Source: Hemiscyllium ocellatum (lineage: Eukaryota). Taken from it: 64,000 nucleotides of DNA. Made by a program: the position numbers and the translations under genes. The notes under the pieces were generated by a model. The model saw only the letters and a list, made by a program, of their open reading frames with translations. It did not search any database and was not told the DNA's origin. The stretch lies in NCBI RefSeq assembly GCF_020745735.1, contig NC_083410.1:3694117-3758116 (forward strand), written 5' to 3'. Below, piece after piece: positions 35,700 to 49,144 of this stretch (within the stretch, counting starts at the first letter, position 1; every line of letters starts with the position of its first letter).

Positions 35700-36740
35700 G
35701 ATTTTACAGGTTTCAAGGAGGAAGAGAGGAGACCTGAGCGAGGTGTACAAAGTAATGAGTGGAACAGATAGAGTCAATAGCCAGAGACTTTTCCCCAGAG
35801 CAGAATTGACTGGTACGAGGATTCATAGTTTGAAGATATTAGGAGGAAGGTATAAAGGAGACGTCAGAGGAAGGTTCTTTACGCAGAGAGTTGTGAATGC
35901 GTGGAATGTGTTGCCAGTGGTGGTGGTGGAAGCAGAGTCATTAGGGACATTTAAGTGACTGCTGGACATGCACATGGATAGTCGTGAGTTAAGAGGTTAT
36001 GTTACTATATTTTACATTACGATTAAACCTTGGCACAACATCGTGGGCTAAAGGGTCTGTTCTGTGCTGTACTTTTCTATGTTCTATGTTCTTATGATCC
36101 TCATTCATTCCCTTAGGCAAAAACACAGATAGAGGGAGGCCATTCAGCCCATCATGCCTGCTACACCATTCAATTAAATGATGGATGATCTGATATTAAT
36201 CTCAACTCTACATTCCTACAAATCCCTGTTCACCTTTCACCTCCCCTACCCCACCCCAGGTCATCAGGAATCCTCCTCTCTCTGCCTTAAAAACACTTAA
36301 AGGTTCTGCATCCACTGCTTTTTGATAAAGGAAATTCCAAACACTCACAACTCTCTGAGAAAAACATTTCATCATCTCTGTCCTCAATGTGCACGTCCTT
36401 ATTTTTAAACACTGCCCCCTAGTTCTAGATTCTCCCTGAAGAGGAACCATCCTTTCCACATCCACGCAGTCAAGTCCTGTCAGGATCTTACAGGCTTCAA
36501 TGAATGCCCCTCTGAGCCCAATGGGATCCAGAGTGAACACATCTGGAGGAAGGGTTTGCAGCTCGAGAAAGATTGGATCCGAGTTGAGGAGCTGGAGTCT
36601 GAGCTGCAGACATTGTGTCACATCAGGGAAGGGAAAAGTTCCCTGGAAACCTTTCTCCAGAGGGTGCTCCTACCCCATGAATTAGGGAATTGGAGATGAG
36701 TCATGGATCGGGGACAGGAGGCTATGACTGCAGGTGAGGA
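35700..36740. mobile_element. Cluster of CR1 fragments (3' end +, 3' end -, ORF1 piece +)
   Basis: GRFFTQRVVNAWNVLP; CFSQRVVSVWNFL; gagttgaggagctggagtctgagctgcagacattg (ORF1 coiled coil). Confidence 0.75.
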
Positions 36741-37473
36741 TGGTATGGGTCCCAGGCCTTTCTGACAGTGAGCCCAATGTCACAGGTTTGTGTTCAGGAC
36801 CCTACTCCAAGGATTTCCTGACCCTGGATTAATAACCCAGCTCAGGAATGGAAGTGAAAGTCTCAGGTTCCAATCAGAAGGGCTTTACTTTGCCCATTAC
36901 TGACTCAATTCCAGGCAAGTGCAGTCAGGGTCTATCTGGCTTAGAGACAGAATCAGAGAATCACAGAAACATTCCAGTGCAGAAGGAGACCATTCAGCCC
37001 ATCCTGTCTGCACTGACTCTTCAAATGAGCATCATTCCTGACTGCCAATGTCCTGCTCTCTCCCCGCAGCCTTGCACAATGTTAGGATACAGAATTGAAT
37101 GGAGCAACAGTGAATTAGAGAGGGTGTGCTCAGGGAGCATCGATTGCAGGCTGTTTGAAACTTTTGACATTTTTCTTTTGATTTTCGGTGAGAATGGAAC
37201 TTTTTAAATGGCTTCGCAATCTGTTCCAAACAGTCAGCTGTGAGCATTGTGAATTCTCCTCTTGATAGTTTATTTACAAAATGAATCACATCAGCAAGTT
37301 GGAAAGCAGTCAGTGATAGATATGTTTCAAATCATTCCCTCTCAAATCACAAACAGCAATATTGAGACAGGGAATTTCAGTTCATCCTCTACAAATCATC
37401 ATTTAATCAGGAGGAGATTTTATGAAATGTTACAAATCCAGTTACATTATTTTTTTCTCTCCAATATGAACAG

Positions 37474-37819
37474 ATCCATTGGCTGATCCAGTCCTCATTC
37501 AGGATCCAGTGGTCACAAGGTACCAGAGAGTGAAACTGTTGAGTTCCAGTGTGCCATGCACAATGCCAGTGTGATTGACACTGATGTCCACTGGCATTAC
37601 CAGCAACCTGGCAGCAACAGGCAGTGGGTGATAAGCCACTTTGTGAATGGCACCCACCCACGGCCCAGGGTTTCCCCAGTCGTGTTGAGCTTTCCAGGAA
37701 TGTCAGCAGGAACAGTTACACTCTGAGCCTTGTGAATGTGACTCTCAATGATACTGCTGTGTACAGCTGCAGTGTGTGGAGCTACATCTATGGAGCAGGG
37801 AGCCAGCTCATTGTAACTG
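37474..37819 (+). pseudogene. V5: membrane-proximal VJ-type Ig V exon, two 1-bp deletions
   Basis: cAG|DPLADPVLIQDPVVTR(fs)PESETVEFQCAMHNASVIDTDVHWHYQQPGSNRQWVISHFVNGTHPR(fs)AQGFPSRVELSRNVSRNSYTLSLVNVTLNDTAVYSCSVWSYIYGAGSQLIVT|GTAAGT. 346 bp versus 348 expected. Confidence 0.88.
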
Positions 37820-38363
37820 GTAAGTCAATGTGAGGGAACACTGGTGTGACCAGAGAAGGGAGCACCCGGCTGTTGTGCTTCATCAGTGGAAGGGCAGAAT
37901 GGTCATCAAGGCCAGGTAGTTGCAAGGCAGCATGGGGAGTGGCTTGATGGGGAACTTGGAAAGGGTGGTATTCCATTGTTTCTGCTGTCCTTGTCCTTTT
38001 AGATGGCGGACATTGTGGGTTTGGAAGGTGCTATATGAGGATGTTTGGTGAATTTCTGCAATGTATCTTGTAGATAGTGCACAACAGGGAGTCAGTAGTG
38101 GAGGGAATGGATGATTGTGGGTGTGGTGCCAGCCAAGTGGTCTGCTTTGTCCTGGATGGTATCAAGTTTCTTGAGCTACCCCTCTCCAGGCAAGTGGGGA
38201 GTATTCCATCACACTCTTGACTTGTGCCTTCTAGATGGGGGACAGGCTTTGGAAGTCAGGAGGAGAGTTACTGTCCTAAGGAGCTCAAAATTAACATTGT
38301 AGATAATCTTGAACATTGGTCAGATGGAAGCGACTGTGTGTGTGACATTCTGATATTTTACAG

Positions 38364-38514
38364 CAGAATCTTCCCACGGTATTCCCTGGACTTCAGACCT
38401 CATTCTAATCATTGGCACCATTCTGAGCTGCGCTGTCTTGATCTGCATTGTCCTGCTCACAGTTTTCCTTCGGAAACAAAAGCTGCATTCATCAGTAAAG
38501 GACTCCACACAAGG
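38364..38514 (+). CDS. Transmembrane exon of the VJ receptor
   Basis: attttacAG|(A)ESSHGIPWTSDLILIIGTILSCAVLICIVLLTVFLRKQKLHSSVKDSTQ(G)|GTAAAT. 151 bp, phase 1 to 2, open. 24 uncharged residues followed by an RKQK stop-transfer. Confidence 0.85.
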
Positions 38515-38782
38515 GTAAATCCCATTTCATCCTGGGTTTGATACTGTCACTGCACTGTTATTGTTTCTGACATTGGGGTGATTGTTTTTAGTGAGTGCTG
38601 ATATTCCCACTACAGCATACAGATCCATTGTAAATGGTGGGTCAGTGACTATTGAGACCATCCCACATGTCCAGATGCTTAATCACTGCCAGTTTGCTCT
38701 ATCTCTGCTATCATACATCCTCCAGTGCAAGGCCACAGGTACCTGCTGGTGACAGTCAGAAAGCTTTGAATGGCTCAAGCGT

Positions 38783-39137
38783 GGGTGGCATTGTGGCTCA
38801 GTGGTTAGAGCTGCTGCCTCACAGCGCCAGGGACCCATGTTTGATTCCCACCTCAGGCAATTGTCTGTGTGGAGTTTGCATATTCTCCCGGAGTCTGTGT
38901 AAGTTTCCTCCGTGTGCTCCGGTTTCCTCCCAAAATCCAAAGATGTGCAGGTTAGGTGAATTGCCCATGTCAACTTTCCATAGTATTCAGTGATGTGTAG
39001 TTTAGGTACATTAGTCAGGGGTAAATGTAGAGTAATATTGTTGGGGAATGGGTCTGGGTGCATTATTCGTTAGAGGGTTGGCATGGACTTGTTGGGCCTA
39101 ATGGCCTGTTTCCACACTTTAGGGATTGTGATTCTCT
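38783..39137 (+). mobile_element. HE1-type SINE
   Basis: gtggctcagtggttag head, V-domain, ggcctgtttccacact tail. Confidence 0.88.
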
Positions 39138-39689
39138 ACTTCATTGGACATCACATGCAAAACCTCCAGTAGGTATAGGATCATTACCTACTAATCCCAG
39201 AGTTAGGGTCTGCCATTGAGTGGGGCTCACTGGCAGAACAGTGCCTCCTGCTCCAAGGTAATACCAGGCATTTCAGCCCAACATTCTACATCACATTCAC
39301 TTCCACACAGCCAAATTCACATTTCTCTGTTCTGCTCCCCCTTCCATTCAATTACCATTATCCTCACACCCCTCTCCAATCAAATCCTGAATGTTGACAT
39401 TGTTTTTATTCATTCGATGGCTTGAGGACAACACTGGCTGGGTCAGCATTTATTGCCCCTCCCAAATTGCCAGGGGGCAGTTAAGAGTCAATTATATTGC
39501 TGTAGGCTTGGAGTCTCATGTAGGCCAGATCAGGTAAGGATGGCAGATTTCCTTCCCTGAAGGACATGAGTGAACCAGATGGGTTTTTCCAACAGTCAAC
39601 AATGGATTCATGGTTATCTTTAGATACTTATTTCTAGATTCTGTTGCATTCAAATTCCACCATCTGCCATAGCATGATTATAACCCTGG

Positions 39690-40100
39690 TCCCCAGAATT
39701 TAACCGGGGACTGGGGATTAACAGTCCAGCAATGAAACCATGAGGCCATCACATTGATCCTACACCTACCATTAATCTGGAGTGATTCCCAAACCTCCCC
39801 ACCCTCTGGATGAATGGATCTCCCGGGTGTTTGGATTATAGATTTTCTGTTGTTGTGGTTCTGTTCGCCAAGCTGGGAATTTGTGTTGCAAACATTTCGT
39901 CCCCTGTCTAGGTGCCATCCACAGTGCTTGGGAGCCCCTTCGTGTGTGGCGCTTAGGCAGTTGGCACAGGATTCCCATTTCCCAAGCACTGAGGATGTCA
40001 CCTAGACAAGGGGACAAAACGTTTGCAACAAAAATTCCCAGCTCGGCAAACAGAACCACAACAATGAGCACCCGAGCTACAAATCTTCTCCAAAACTTTG
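39690..40100 (+). mobile_element. Penelope-like fragment (third family) with degenerate hammerhead at about 39988-40025
   Basis: Homologous to 62420-62870; CTGAGGA tgtcacc..gggac AAAA cgtt; gagctacaaatcttctc end. Confidence 0.65.
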
Positions 40101-40626
40101 ATTTTCTGTTGTGTTTAGTATCCATTATGCCTGTTCTTCACCCCTCAATAGTCTTTCCATCTCATTCATTGCCTGTTGAAAGGGGTTTTAAAACTTCGAT
40201 CACTGCTCTGCAATCTGGGTTCTTCCAATGATATAACGACATTCTAAAGTTTTTTTTGTATTTGCATGTGTTTATCTCAGCCAGCATCCCAGTGAGTTGG
40301 TGCAACTCTCACCCTCAGCATTTTCTCAGTCTGTATCAGTTGGAAATGCAGCAAGTTTCTTGAAGAAATCTCTCCCTTCCACAGTCGTAAGCAACAACAA
40401 CTTGGTCAACTTTCCCAGAATGCTTGAGATTTTGTTCAAATTCTTTCACTTGTTGTTCACACAAATTCTGCTCTTTTTAACAAATGTTCAAAGTTGCTAG
40501 ATCATCCTTTCACCTCGAAGCTAGTCTCAAATGTTCACGATGAAAATGTAAAATCCATTGGCCTTGAGAGCGTAATGTTGTTCTGTGGTAGATGTGCAAT
40601 AAATTTAATATGTAGCATTTATTTAG

Positions 40627-40670
40627 GAGCCCTGTTGAAGACCAGGATGCTGTGTATGAAAATGTAAATA
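40627..40670 (+). CDS. Cytoplasmic exon 1 with YENV motif
   Basis: tttatttAG|(G)SPVEDQDAVYENVN|GTAAGT. 44 bp; its phase-2 entry matches the TM exon, and it is 1 bp short of a symmetric 45 bp. Confidence 0.7.
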
Positions 40671-41242
40671 GTAAGTAAACTAATTCCATCATTACCGCAA
40701 TATTTGGCTGGTATTTCTCTCTGTTCCAAATTTCCCTTTTACAGTCAGATTCCTGATGTGATTAATAAGCTAATGGTTAGAGCAGGTCAGTTGGCTGATG
40801 AACACAATTGACCATGAAAGGTGGTGAACCCACAGCCAACAGAATGAAGGTAGTAGGTTCTCCCTGAGCTTTTAGCTGCAGCTTGAACCTGCCCTGCAGG
40901 GCAGCAATGCTGTAAAGAACGACCCCAAAACTTCTCAGAGTTTCAGACACAGAAACAGACTCTTGTAGCCCACCAGCCAACAGAGAACGACATTTTCACA
41001 TTTGTCATAATCCATTAAGGACCATTCTTTATTGAATATCTTTTGAAAATCCAAGTACAACACATTGCTAGTTCTGTCAATCCATTCTGGTGGGACTTCC
41101 TGTAAAAACTGTAATGAATTAGTCAGACATGATTTTCCTTTCATGAAGCCATATGACCTCAACTTGATTAGATTCTGTTTGATCAGATTAAATTACAGAA
41201 GGTTCATGCATTCTGAAGCCAGATGGTGGGAAAGAAAGTGAG

Positions 41243-42560
41243 GTTGGAGAAATTGAGGACTACAGATGCTGGAGATCAGAGTCAAAGTGTGTGGTGCTGG
41301 AAAAGCACATCAGGCAGCTTCCGATCCTTCCACTTTCTCCAGACCAAAGGGGTAGCCATGGGCACCGGTATGAACCCCAGATCAATGCCTGCCTTTTCAT
41401 TGGCTACGTGGAACAGTCCATCTTCAAGAGCTAAACCGGCGCCATTCCCTACCTTTTCCTCCACGACATTCATGACTGTATCGGTGCCAGCTCATGGTCC
41501 CATGAGAAGGTTGAAAAGTTCATCGATTTCACTAATTCCTTCCACCCTGAACTCAAGGTTGCCTGGACCATCTCAGACATCTCCCTCCCTTTCTTGGACC
41601 TCTCCATCTCTATTTCTGGTGACTGACACCTCACAGATATCCACTACAAACCCACCAAGGTTCTTCCTCTCACACCGACCCAACCAGTAGCCAACCAGAT
41701 GGCCTCCCTCTTCAAAGACCAAAATTTCCCCTCTCACTTGGTCAACGATGCCCTCTAGCACATTTCCTCCACCTCCCGCACTTCTGTCTTTGAACCCCCA
41801 TCCCTCCGATTGTAACAAGGACAGAACCACCCTGATCCTCACCTTCCACCCGACCAACCTCCGGATACACCGTATCATTCCCCGCCACATCCACCACCTA
41901 CAAACAGAACCACCAGAGATATATTTCCCTCTGCACCACTACCTGTATTTTGGAGAGACATTTCTTCTCTGACTCCCTTGTCAGGTCCATGATTCCCACA
42001 AAACCCCCTCAACTCCAGCCAAGATCCTCAAGGATCCTTCCACACAGGACAGAAGTTAACTTGTATTTCCACAAATGTCAGCTATTGCATCCATTGCAGC
42101 CGATGTGGTCTCTTCTACATTGGGGAGACAGGACATCAACTTGCAGAGCATCTCTGGGACACCCACACTAACCAACCCCACTGCTCTGTGGCTGAACACT
42201 TCAACACCCCGTCCCACTCCGTGAACTACATGCGGGTCTTGGCCTCCTCCATCACCAAACTCGAACCACCCAGTGCCTGAAGAAAGAATGCCTCACCTTC
42301 CACCTTGCGATCTTCCAACCATTGGGGATCAATGTGGATTTCACCATTTCCCCTCCTCCAACTTTATCCTAGTTCAATCTTTCCAACTTGGCATCACCCT
42401 CTTGAATGGTCCTACCTGTCCATCTTCCATCCCACCTATTTAATGCACCATCCTCTCCAAACTATCACTTGCACCACCACCTTCATCAACCTGTTGCATT
42501 CCCAGCTCTCTTCTCCCCAACCCCACTCTCAGCCCCCTTGGCCCACACGTCTCATTTACA
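41243..42560 (+). mobile_element. Penelope-like element (short inverted pLTR, then RT and GIY-YIG), degenerate
   Basis: FLQTKGVAMGT RT motif; later homologous to the 27181-28038 ORF. Confidence 0.85.
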
Positions 42561-42759
42561 ACTCTACACTCTTCTAGAAAGCCAGGTGCCAGTCTTTTCC
42601 ATCTCCTTCTACAGTTTCCTTCATTTAAAGCAATATTTTTTTCTGATTTTGTTCCCCAATCTGCAATAAAGACAATTATAAAGATGTGGTCTTTATAGGG
42701 AAATGGTCTCAACAACATTCCAGCTGTATAACTGTGACATATGATTATTTGTCTCACAG

Positions 42760-42832
42760 GCTCACTGACAGCAGCTGGCAACCAGTGACCCCTAGAGCTG
42801 ACAGAGTCCCATCTTCGACAGGACACAAGCAG
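42760..42832 (+). CDS. Cytoplasmic exon 2
   Basis: ttgtctcacAG|(R)LTDSSWQPVTPRADRVPSSTGHKQ|GTGAGC. 73 bp, phase 2 to 0, open only in this frame. Confidence 0.65.
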
Positions 42833-45165
42833 GTGAGCTTCACTATTCTTTACTGTACATGTTCCTGGAACAGGCAGGAGCCGGTGTTATTGTCAAATTA
42901 TGATTTAAAATCAATTTCTCCTGCACAGCCAACCTTGTCTTAAACCCCTTGTTACACCTCAATGGGGTAACACGCTGGAAATGGAGGCCAGCTATTTCTG
43001 GACTGGTCACAATATTTAAAATTTTTTACAAACCACATGCACATCCCCCATTTCCCAGTCTTTTAGACCCAGGGTGACAGAAAGCATAGACCAGCTTTCT
43101 CTCCTTAACACAAGTTCCTGTTTCTTACAACAAAGTAGAATCTAGTTACAGGGAAATGTCATAAAACCCTTCCATACCCTCGATTAAATTCCCCCTTTCA
43201 CACATACACACTGACAGAGACAGATAAAAACATGAGTGTTATGGACAGAAAGTAAGACTGGGAAGACAGTTCAGATTTCCCTGTCCACAGGGATTTCTAA
43301 CTTGACTCTTGTGCAGCTCAGACACTGTTTCTCAATCTTCCTTCTCCAGATGCTTTCACTTATTTACAGGAGGCACAGAGGAAAATGATTCACACTGACA
43401 GCAGCTCCCGACTGATTCACACTGACAGTAGATCCCTGAGTGAATCACATTTACAACAGCTAACTGACTGATTCACACTGATTCACACAGCGCACGCTCT
43501 GCTGGCAATCCTCCTGCCTTACTTTGCAGATATTACCTTCTGAGGAGGATATGAATAATCCTACAAGATGTGCTACTACCTGTGGTCTCACACCTGCTGT
43601 GTAATGAGAAAGTGGAACTTTTTGCAGTTGATGGAAGTCCTTCAGTTCACATGAAAAGTGTGCAAGTACTGGAGTCCTCTCAGCAACATGGTGTAGGTTG
43701 GGAAGCCCAGAGCGGGACAGTCTAGAGGTTGCAGTGTGGGTTGGAAAACCCAGAGTGGGACACCCTAGGGAGTGCAGTGTGGGTTGGGAAGGTTGAGTGC
43801 GGGACACTCTCAGCAGCATCTGTTGCATTAGTGAAGGAAAGTTTGTCGTCTTTCTCTTAACTTCTCTTTTCTTTATTTTACATTGAAATTAATGGAATTG
43901 TACTTATACAAAGTAATGGTACACACCTTTCAGTGTATTTTATCTTGAAATACACGTGACTATAAATTTATCAATTTCTGAATTTATAGCATCTCCCTGA
44001 CTGATTCATTAAAATTTGCAGCCGACAGGAATTGCTGAAGGAGAAATCAGCTGGCTTTGTTTAGGGTTAAAATGCTGTTTCCTGCAGAGAACAGAGAGAC
44101 AGCTCCTGACCTGGTGGAGATCTGATGGCTTCCCTATATCTTGTTCACAGCTCAAGGTTGTTATCTCCGTATGAACCTATCTATTCTGTTATTGGAAGGC
44201 AGAAGTCCTTTGTTATAACTAACTGGTCATGGGTTGACAGACCAATAGGATGCATGTTATTGGTTAGAACTCTAAGATTATTTGGCCTCCTGCCCCATCC
44301 CTCCCTCACACCCTAACTCCCACCCTCTCTTGCCACCCTCTTGCTCCACCTGGTCTGTAAACCTTTTCCCACCACTGCCCCAATAGGAAGCTGTGTAAAT
44401 AACACTTACAGTGAGGATCAGGTTATTTGATTTCAGAAAGTGCAGGAATCCCTTGGACAAGCATATGGATGTACATGGAATAGTGTAGGTTAGATGGGCT
44501 TCAGATTGGAATGACAGGTCAGCGCAACATCGAGGGCTGAAGGGCTTATACTGCGCTGTAATGTTCTATGTTCTATGTTAATCCTTGGATTCTAAACCAG
44601 TTAATTTTCCATTTCAATCTACACTCAAAAATACAAAATTTAAAAATATTTCCATGCCTTAACAGCTCATGTCTCCAGAGAAAGACCGGGTAGACTGATC
44701 CCAGATCTATACATGATCTCTCAGACACTCATGAGGGGCAATTGGAGAGTGGTTTAGCATGGCTCATCTCCAATTAGTCCTCATGATGACCAGCAACTGG
44801 TCTATCAGCAGGAAAATGAAATCATTCAAGTTATCAAATGAGGTGTACTGGTCCAACTTGCTTTGTGCAATTCAGAAGCAGGGTTGGAGTCTGACCGGGA
44901 TGTTCAGGTCCAAGTATTCCTGATTTTGTTCCTGATTTTCTATCTGGGATCTACTTTTCTCTGGGAGCTATATTCCTTTTCCACTCAACTGTACTGTCAG
45001 CTGCCAACAGCTCTGATTCAGAAACTGTTTGACAAATCAGTCACCTTCATGGAAATAGAAATGTTTCAAGACTACAATTCCTGACTCTGTCTAATTAGCA
45101 GTTCATCGTCTCTCATTTTATAATGATTACTAAACAGAGTATTTCTTGTTTCCTTCTTATTACAG

Positions 45166-45207
45166 AATGTGAAGGATTCTGCAGCAGATTCTGACTCAAC
45201 CGACATG
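45166..45207 (+). CDS. Cytoplasmic exon 3
   Basis: ttccttcttattacAG|NVKDSAADSDSTDM|GTAAAT. 42 bp, phase 0 to 0. Confidence 0.6.
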
Positions 45208-45474
45208 GTAAATATCTACTACTACAATTAACAGCTGGCTTTACAACATTCACCCTATTCCCAAAGAGCCACCTTTCTGAGTTTCCATTGGTCCCCTCAT
45301 CTGACGGACATTTCTATCCACCAATCACCATGATTGGGAATGGGCTCAGTGCCAAGCAAACCAGAATGTACACCAAGCCGGGTTACCAACTCAATTACTG
45401 AGATTCGCCTGTCTCCACTCTCTGACTCATTGCTTTCTAATCCCAGGGTCAGACCACCAGACACTGAACCCCTT

Positions 45475-47080
45475 CTGGACCTTCCAAGTTACTTGTTAGG
45501 AAGGAAGATGTGTTGGACATTTTGAACAACTTGAGGATAGACAAGTCCCCTGGGCCTGACGGGATATATCCTAGGATTATGTGAGAAGCAAGAGAGGAAA
45601 TTGCAGTACCGTTGGCAACGATCTTTTCGTCTTCACTGTCAACGGGGGTGGTACCAGGGGACTGGAGAGTTGCGAATGTTGTGCCCCTGTTCAAAAAAGG
45701 GAATAGGGATAACCCCGGGAATTACAGGCCAGTTAGTCTTACTTCTGTGGTAGGCAAAGTAATGGAAAGGGTACTGAGGGATAGGATTTATGAGTATCTG
45801 GAAAGACACTGCTTGATTAGGGACAGCCAGCACGGATTTGTGAAGGGTAGGTTTTGCCTTACAAGTCTTATTGAATTCTTTGAGGAAGTGACCAAGCATG
45901 TGGATGAGAGTAGAGCAGTGGATGTAGTGAACATAGATTTTAGTAAGGCATTTGATAAGGTTCCCCATGGTAGGCTTATGCGGAAAGTCAGGAGGCATGG
46001 GATAGAGGGAAACTTGGCCAACTGGATAGAAAACTGGCTAACCGGTCGAAGTCAGAGAGTGGTGGTAGATGGTAAATATTCAGCCTGGAGCCCAGTTACA
46101 ATTGGAGTTCCGCAGGGATCAGTTCTGGGTCCTCTGCTGTTTGTAATTTTTATTAATGACTTGGATGAGGGAGTCGAAGGGTGGGTCAGTAAATTTGCAG
46201 ATGATACGAAGATTGGTGGAGTTGTGGACAGCGAGGAGGGCTGTTGTCATTTGCAAAGGGACTTAGATATGATGCAGAGCTGGGCTGAGGAGTGGCAAAT
46301 GAAGTTCAACCCTGCCAAGTGTGAGGTTGTCCATTTTGGAAGAACAAATAAGAATGCGGAATACGGGGTTAACGGTAGAGTTCTTAGTCAGGTGGAGGAA
46401 CAGAGGGATCTTGGGGTCTATGTACATAGATCTTTGAAAGTTGCCACTCAGGTGGATAGAGCTTGTAAGAAGGCCTATGGTGTATTAGCGTTCATTAGCA
46501 GAGGGATTGAATTCAAGAGTCGTGAAGTGATGTTGCAGCTGTACAGGACTTTGGTTAGGCCACATTTGGAGTACTGTGTGCAGTTCTGGTCGCCTCACTT
46601 TAGGGAAGATGTGGAAGCTTTGGAGAGGGTGCAGAGAAGATTTACCAGGATGTTGCCTGGAATGGAGAATAGGTCGTACGAGGATAGGTTGAGAGTTCTC
46701 GGCCTTTTCTCGTTGGAACGGCGAAGGATGAGGGGTGACTTGATAGAGGTTTATAAGATGATCAGAGGAATTGATAGAGTAGACAGTCAGAAACTTTTTC
46801 CTCGGGTACAACAGAGTGTTACAAGGGGACATAAATTTAAGGTGAAGGGTGGAAGGTATAGTGGAGATGTCAGGGGTGGGTTCTTTATCCAGAGAGTGGT
46901 GGGGGCATGGAATGTGCTGCCCATGGGAGTGGTAGAGTCAGAATCATTGGCGACCTTTAAGCAGCAATTGGATAGGTACATGGATGGGTGCTTAATCTAG
47001 GATAGGTGTTCGGCACAACATCATGGGCCGAAGGGCCTGTTCTGTGCTGTATTATTCTATGTTCTATGTTCTATGTTCTA
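45475..47080 (+). mobile_element. Young 5'-truncated CR1 with uninterrupted 462-aa RT ORF (45612-47000)
   Basis: All RT motifs through the C-terminus; (tatgttc)n tail. Confidence 0.95.
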
Positions 47081-48008
47081 TTAAGTTCAAGTCTGATCTT
47101 CTGCCACTCAGTTCCACTGATTCTCTGCTGTCTCTTCTTCCCTCATACCCAATCCCTGGTCTCCTCAGTCACTGCCAATCTCAGGAGTCCACTGTGCACA
47201 TCACTGTATTCGATAATTCTCAGAAAGAAAATGTTTTTCCATTTATATCACTCCACTCACAACCTCAGCATGTCTGGTGAGCCTTTACAATGAGTGAAGT
47301 GCCTTTGAAGTGTGGCCACTGTTATCAGAAAAAGAGGAACTGATTTAAATACAACATGGTCATTGGGAGAACAATGTTGCTTTCGAACATAAGAACATAA
47401 GAAATGGGAGCAAATGTACAGATGACAGCTTCTCCAAGCTGCTCCACCATTCAATACAGTCCTGGTGAATAATCTGCCCTATTACCACTTTCCTAGCTGC
47501 TCCTCATATCCTGGAAATTCTCAGAGAAACAAGGTTCTGTCCAGTTCAATGTAAAATGCTGTCAGTGTTGGAACTTTGTCAAGTCTTTTGCAGTGAGAGA
47601 ATTCCAAAGATTAACAACCCTTTGAGGAAAGTAGTTTCCATCAAAAAGATTAGTTGCTTTCCTGCTCAAGAAGACAGGGTTTCAGTTTGACATCTCATTG
47701 AGAAGCCTGTCCTGCTGACAGTGCTGCCCTGCCTCTGTACTGCACTGAGGGAGCAGCCTGGGTGGTACAATCACATCTCAGGACTCCACTTTCAATCCAA
47801 ACTCTCGAGTCTCAAAAGCAAATGTTTTTCCACTGAGCTGACGCTAATGAATGAAGGAGGCTGCTAACATGGATCTGGTTCCAGGGAGGGAAATCCCTTT
47901 TGCCCATAAGCAGTAAATATTGTCAAAATGTGAAATAATTCTGGACCAGCCATCACTGTGTCTATGTTATAGATCACAGTTTTTAATATTTGTCTTTTTT
48001 CCTGTTAG

Positions 48009-48051
48009 CCATTGCAGTAAGGGGATGGCTCTATTTACAGTGAGTTTAAAG
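48009..48051 (+). pseudogene. Cytoplasmic exon 4 with ITIM-like SIYSEF, in-frame TAA
   Basis: tttttcctgttAG|PLQ*GDGSIYSEFK(G)|GTATGG. 43 bp, phase 0 to 1. Confidence 0.6.
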
Positions 48052-49144
48052 GTATGGTTCTAGTTTTGCTTCTGACAGGGTTGTTTACCTGATGCAGAAA
48101 TGTTTATACTGTCTCCAAGAACATGAGAATCTGGGTGTGGGGTTTGTGTTATTCACGAGTCTAAGAGGTACTATTATGTACAGCACTGAATAAATGGAGG
48201 AGACTCCTGTTATATGCAAAAATGACACCCCTCAGGCTTGTCAATGTCTGGGCTAACATTAGCAATTGGATTATACAGAGCAGGATTATTTCCAGTAGAG
48301 TCACATGCTTCATGTGATCTGATACAAAATGTAGTTGGAGATCTTTGTACTCTCAGGGCACACGTTGTGATGCAGTGATGACATCATCACCATGTAGAAT
48401 CATAGAACCATTCAGTACAAAATAGACTCTTCAGCCCATTGAATCGGTTCCATCAATCATTACACTAAACCTTCACTAGTCCAAACTTCAACCACTACGT
48501 TCACAGCCTTGAATATTATGACATTGCAGTTGCTTATCCAACTTATTTCTGAAGGTTGTGGTTTCCTTTCTCAACTACTCTCCCAGGCAATGGATTACAT
48601 ATTCTTGCCACTCTCTGGGTGAAAAGACCTTTTCTCAAATCCCCTCTAATCCTCCAGCCTTTCACAGATTCATGGAATCATACAGCACAGAAATAGACCC
48701 TTCGATCTAATTTGTCCATGCTGATCACTTTCCCAGACTAATCTAGTCCAATTTGTATGTGTTTGGTCCATCTCCAATGAAACCTTTCCTGTTCATGTAC
48801 CCATATAAATGCCATTTCAATGTGGTAGTTGTACCTGCATCTCCCATTTCCTCTGGCCGTTCATTCCACTCATGAACCACCCTCTGTGTGATTCTGTTGC
48901 ACCTCAGGTCCTTTTAAAATCATGTTCCTGTCATCTTACAAATATGCACCTTAGTTTTGCATCCCTTACCCAAAGGAAAAGATCTTTGCTCTTCACCTAT
49001 CTATGTTCCTCCTGATTTTTAATGTTACCCCCTCAACTTCTAGTGAAAAAAGTCCCAGCCTGTCCAGCCTCGCCTTTTAACTGTGGACAAGCTCCCCAAG
49101 CTCCCCCATCCCCCTCAGCTTCCTCGTGTCCTGTCATTCATTGA

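Noticed and set aside
30859-37819. Rearranging TCR-gamma or Ig light-chain V segments
   Set aside because: No heptamer/nonamer follows the YYC motif, the J-like strand and splice donor are in the same exon, and the next exon is TM rather than C1.
47265-47295. Alternative acceptor before CATGTCTGGTGAGCC as a cytoplasmic exon
   Set aside because: Phase 0 hits a stop after three codons and there is no matching donor; 48009-48051 fits better.
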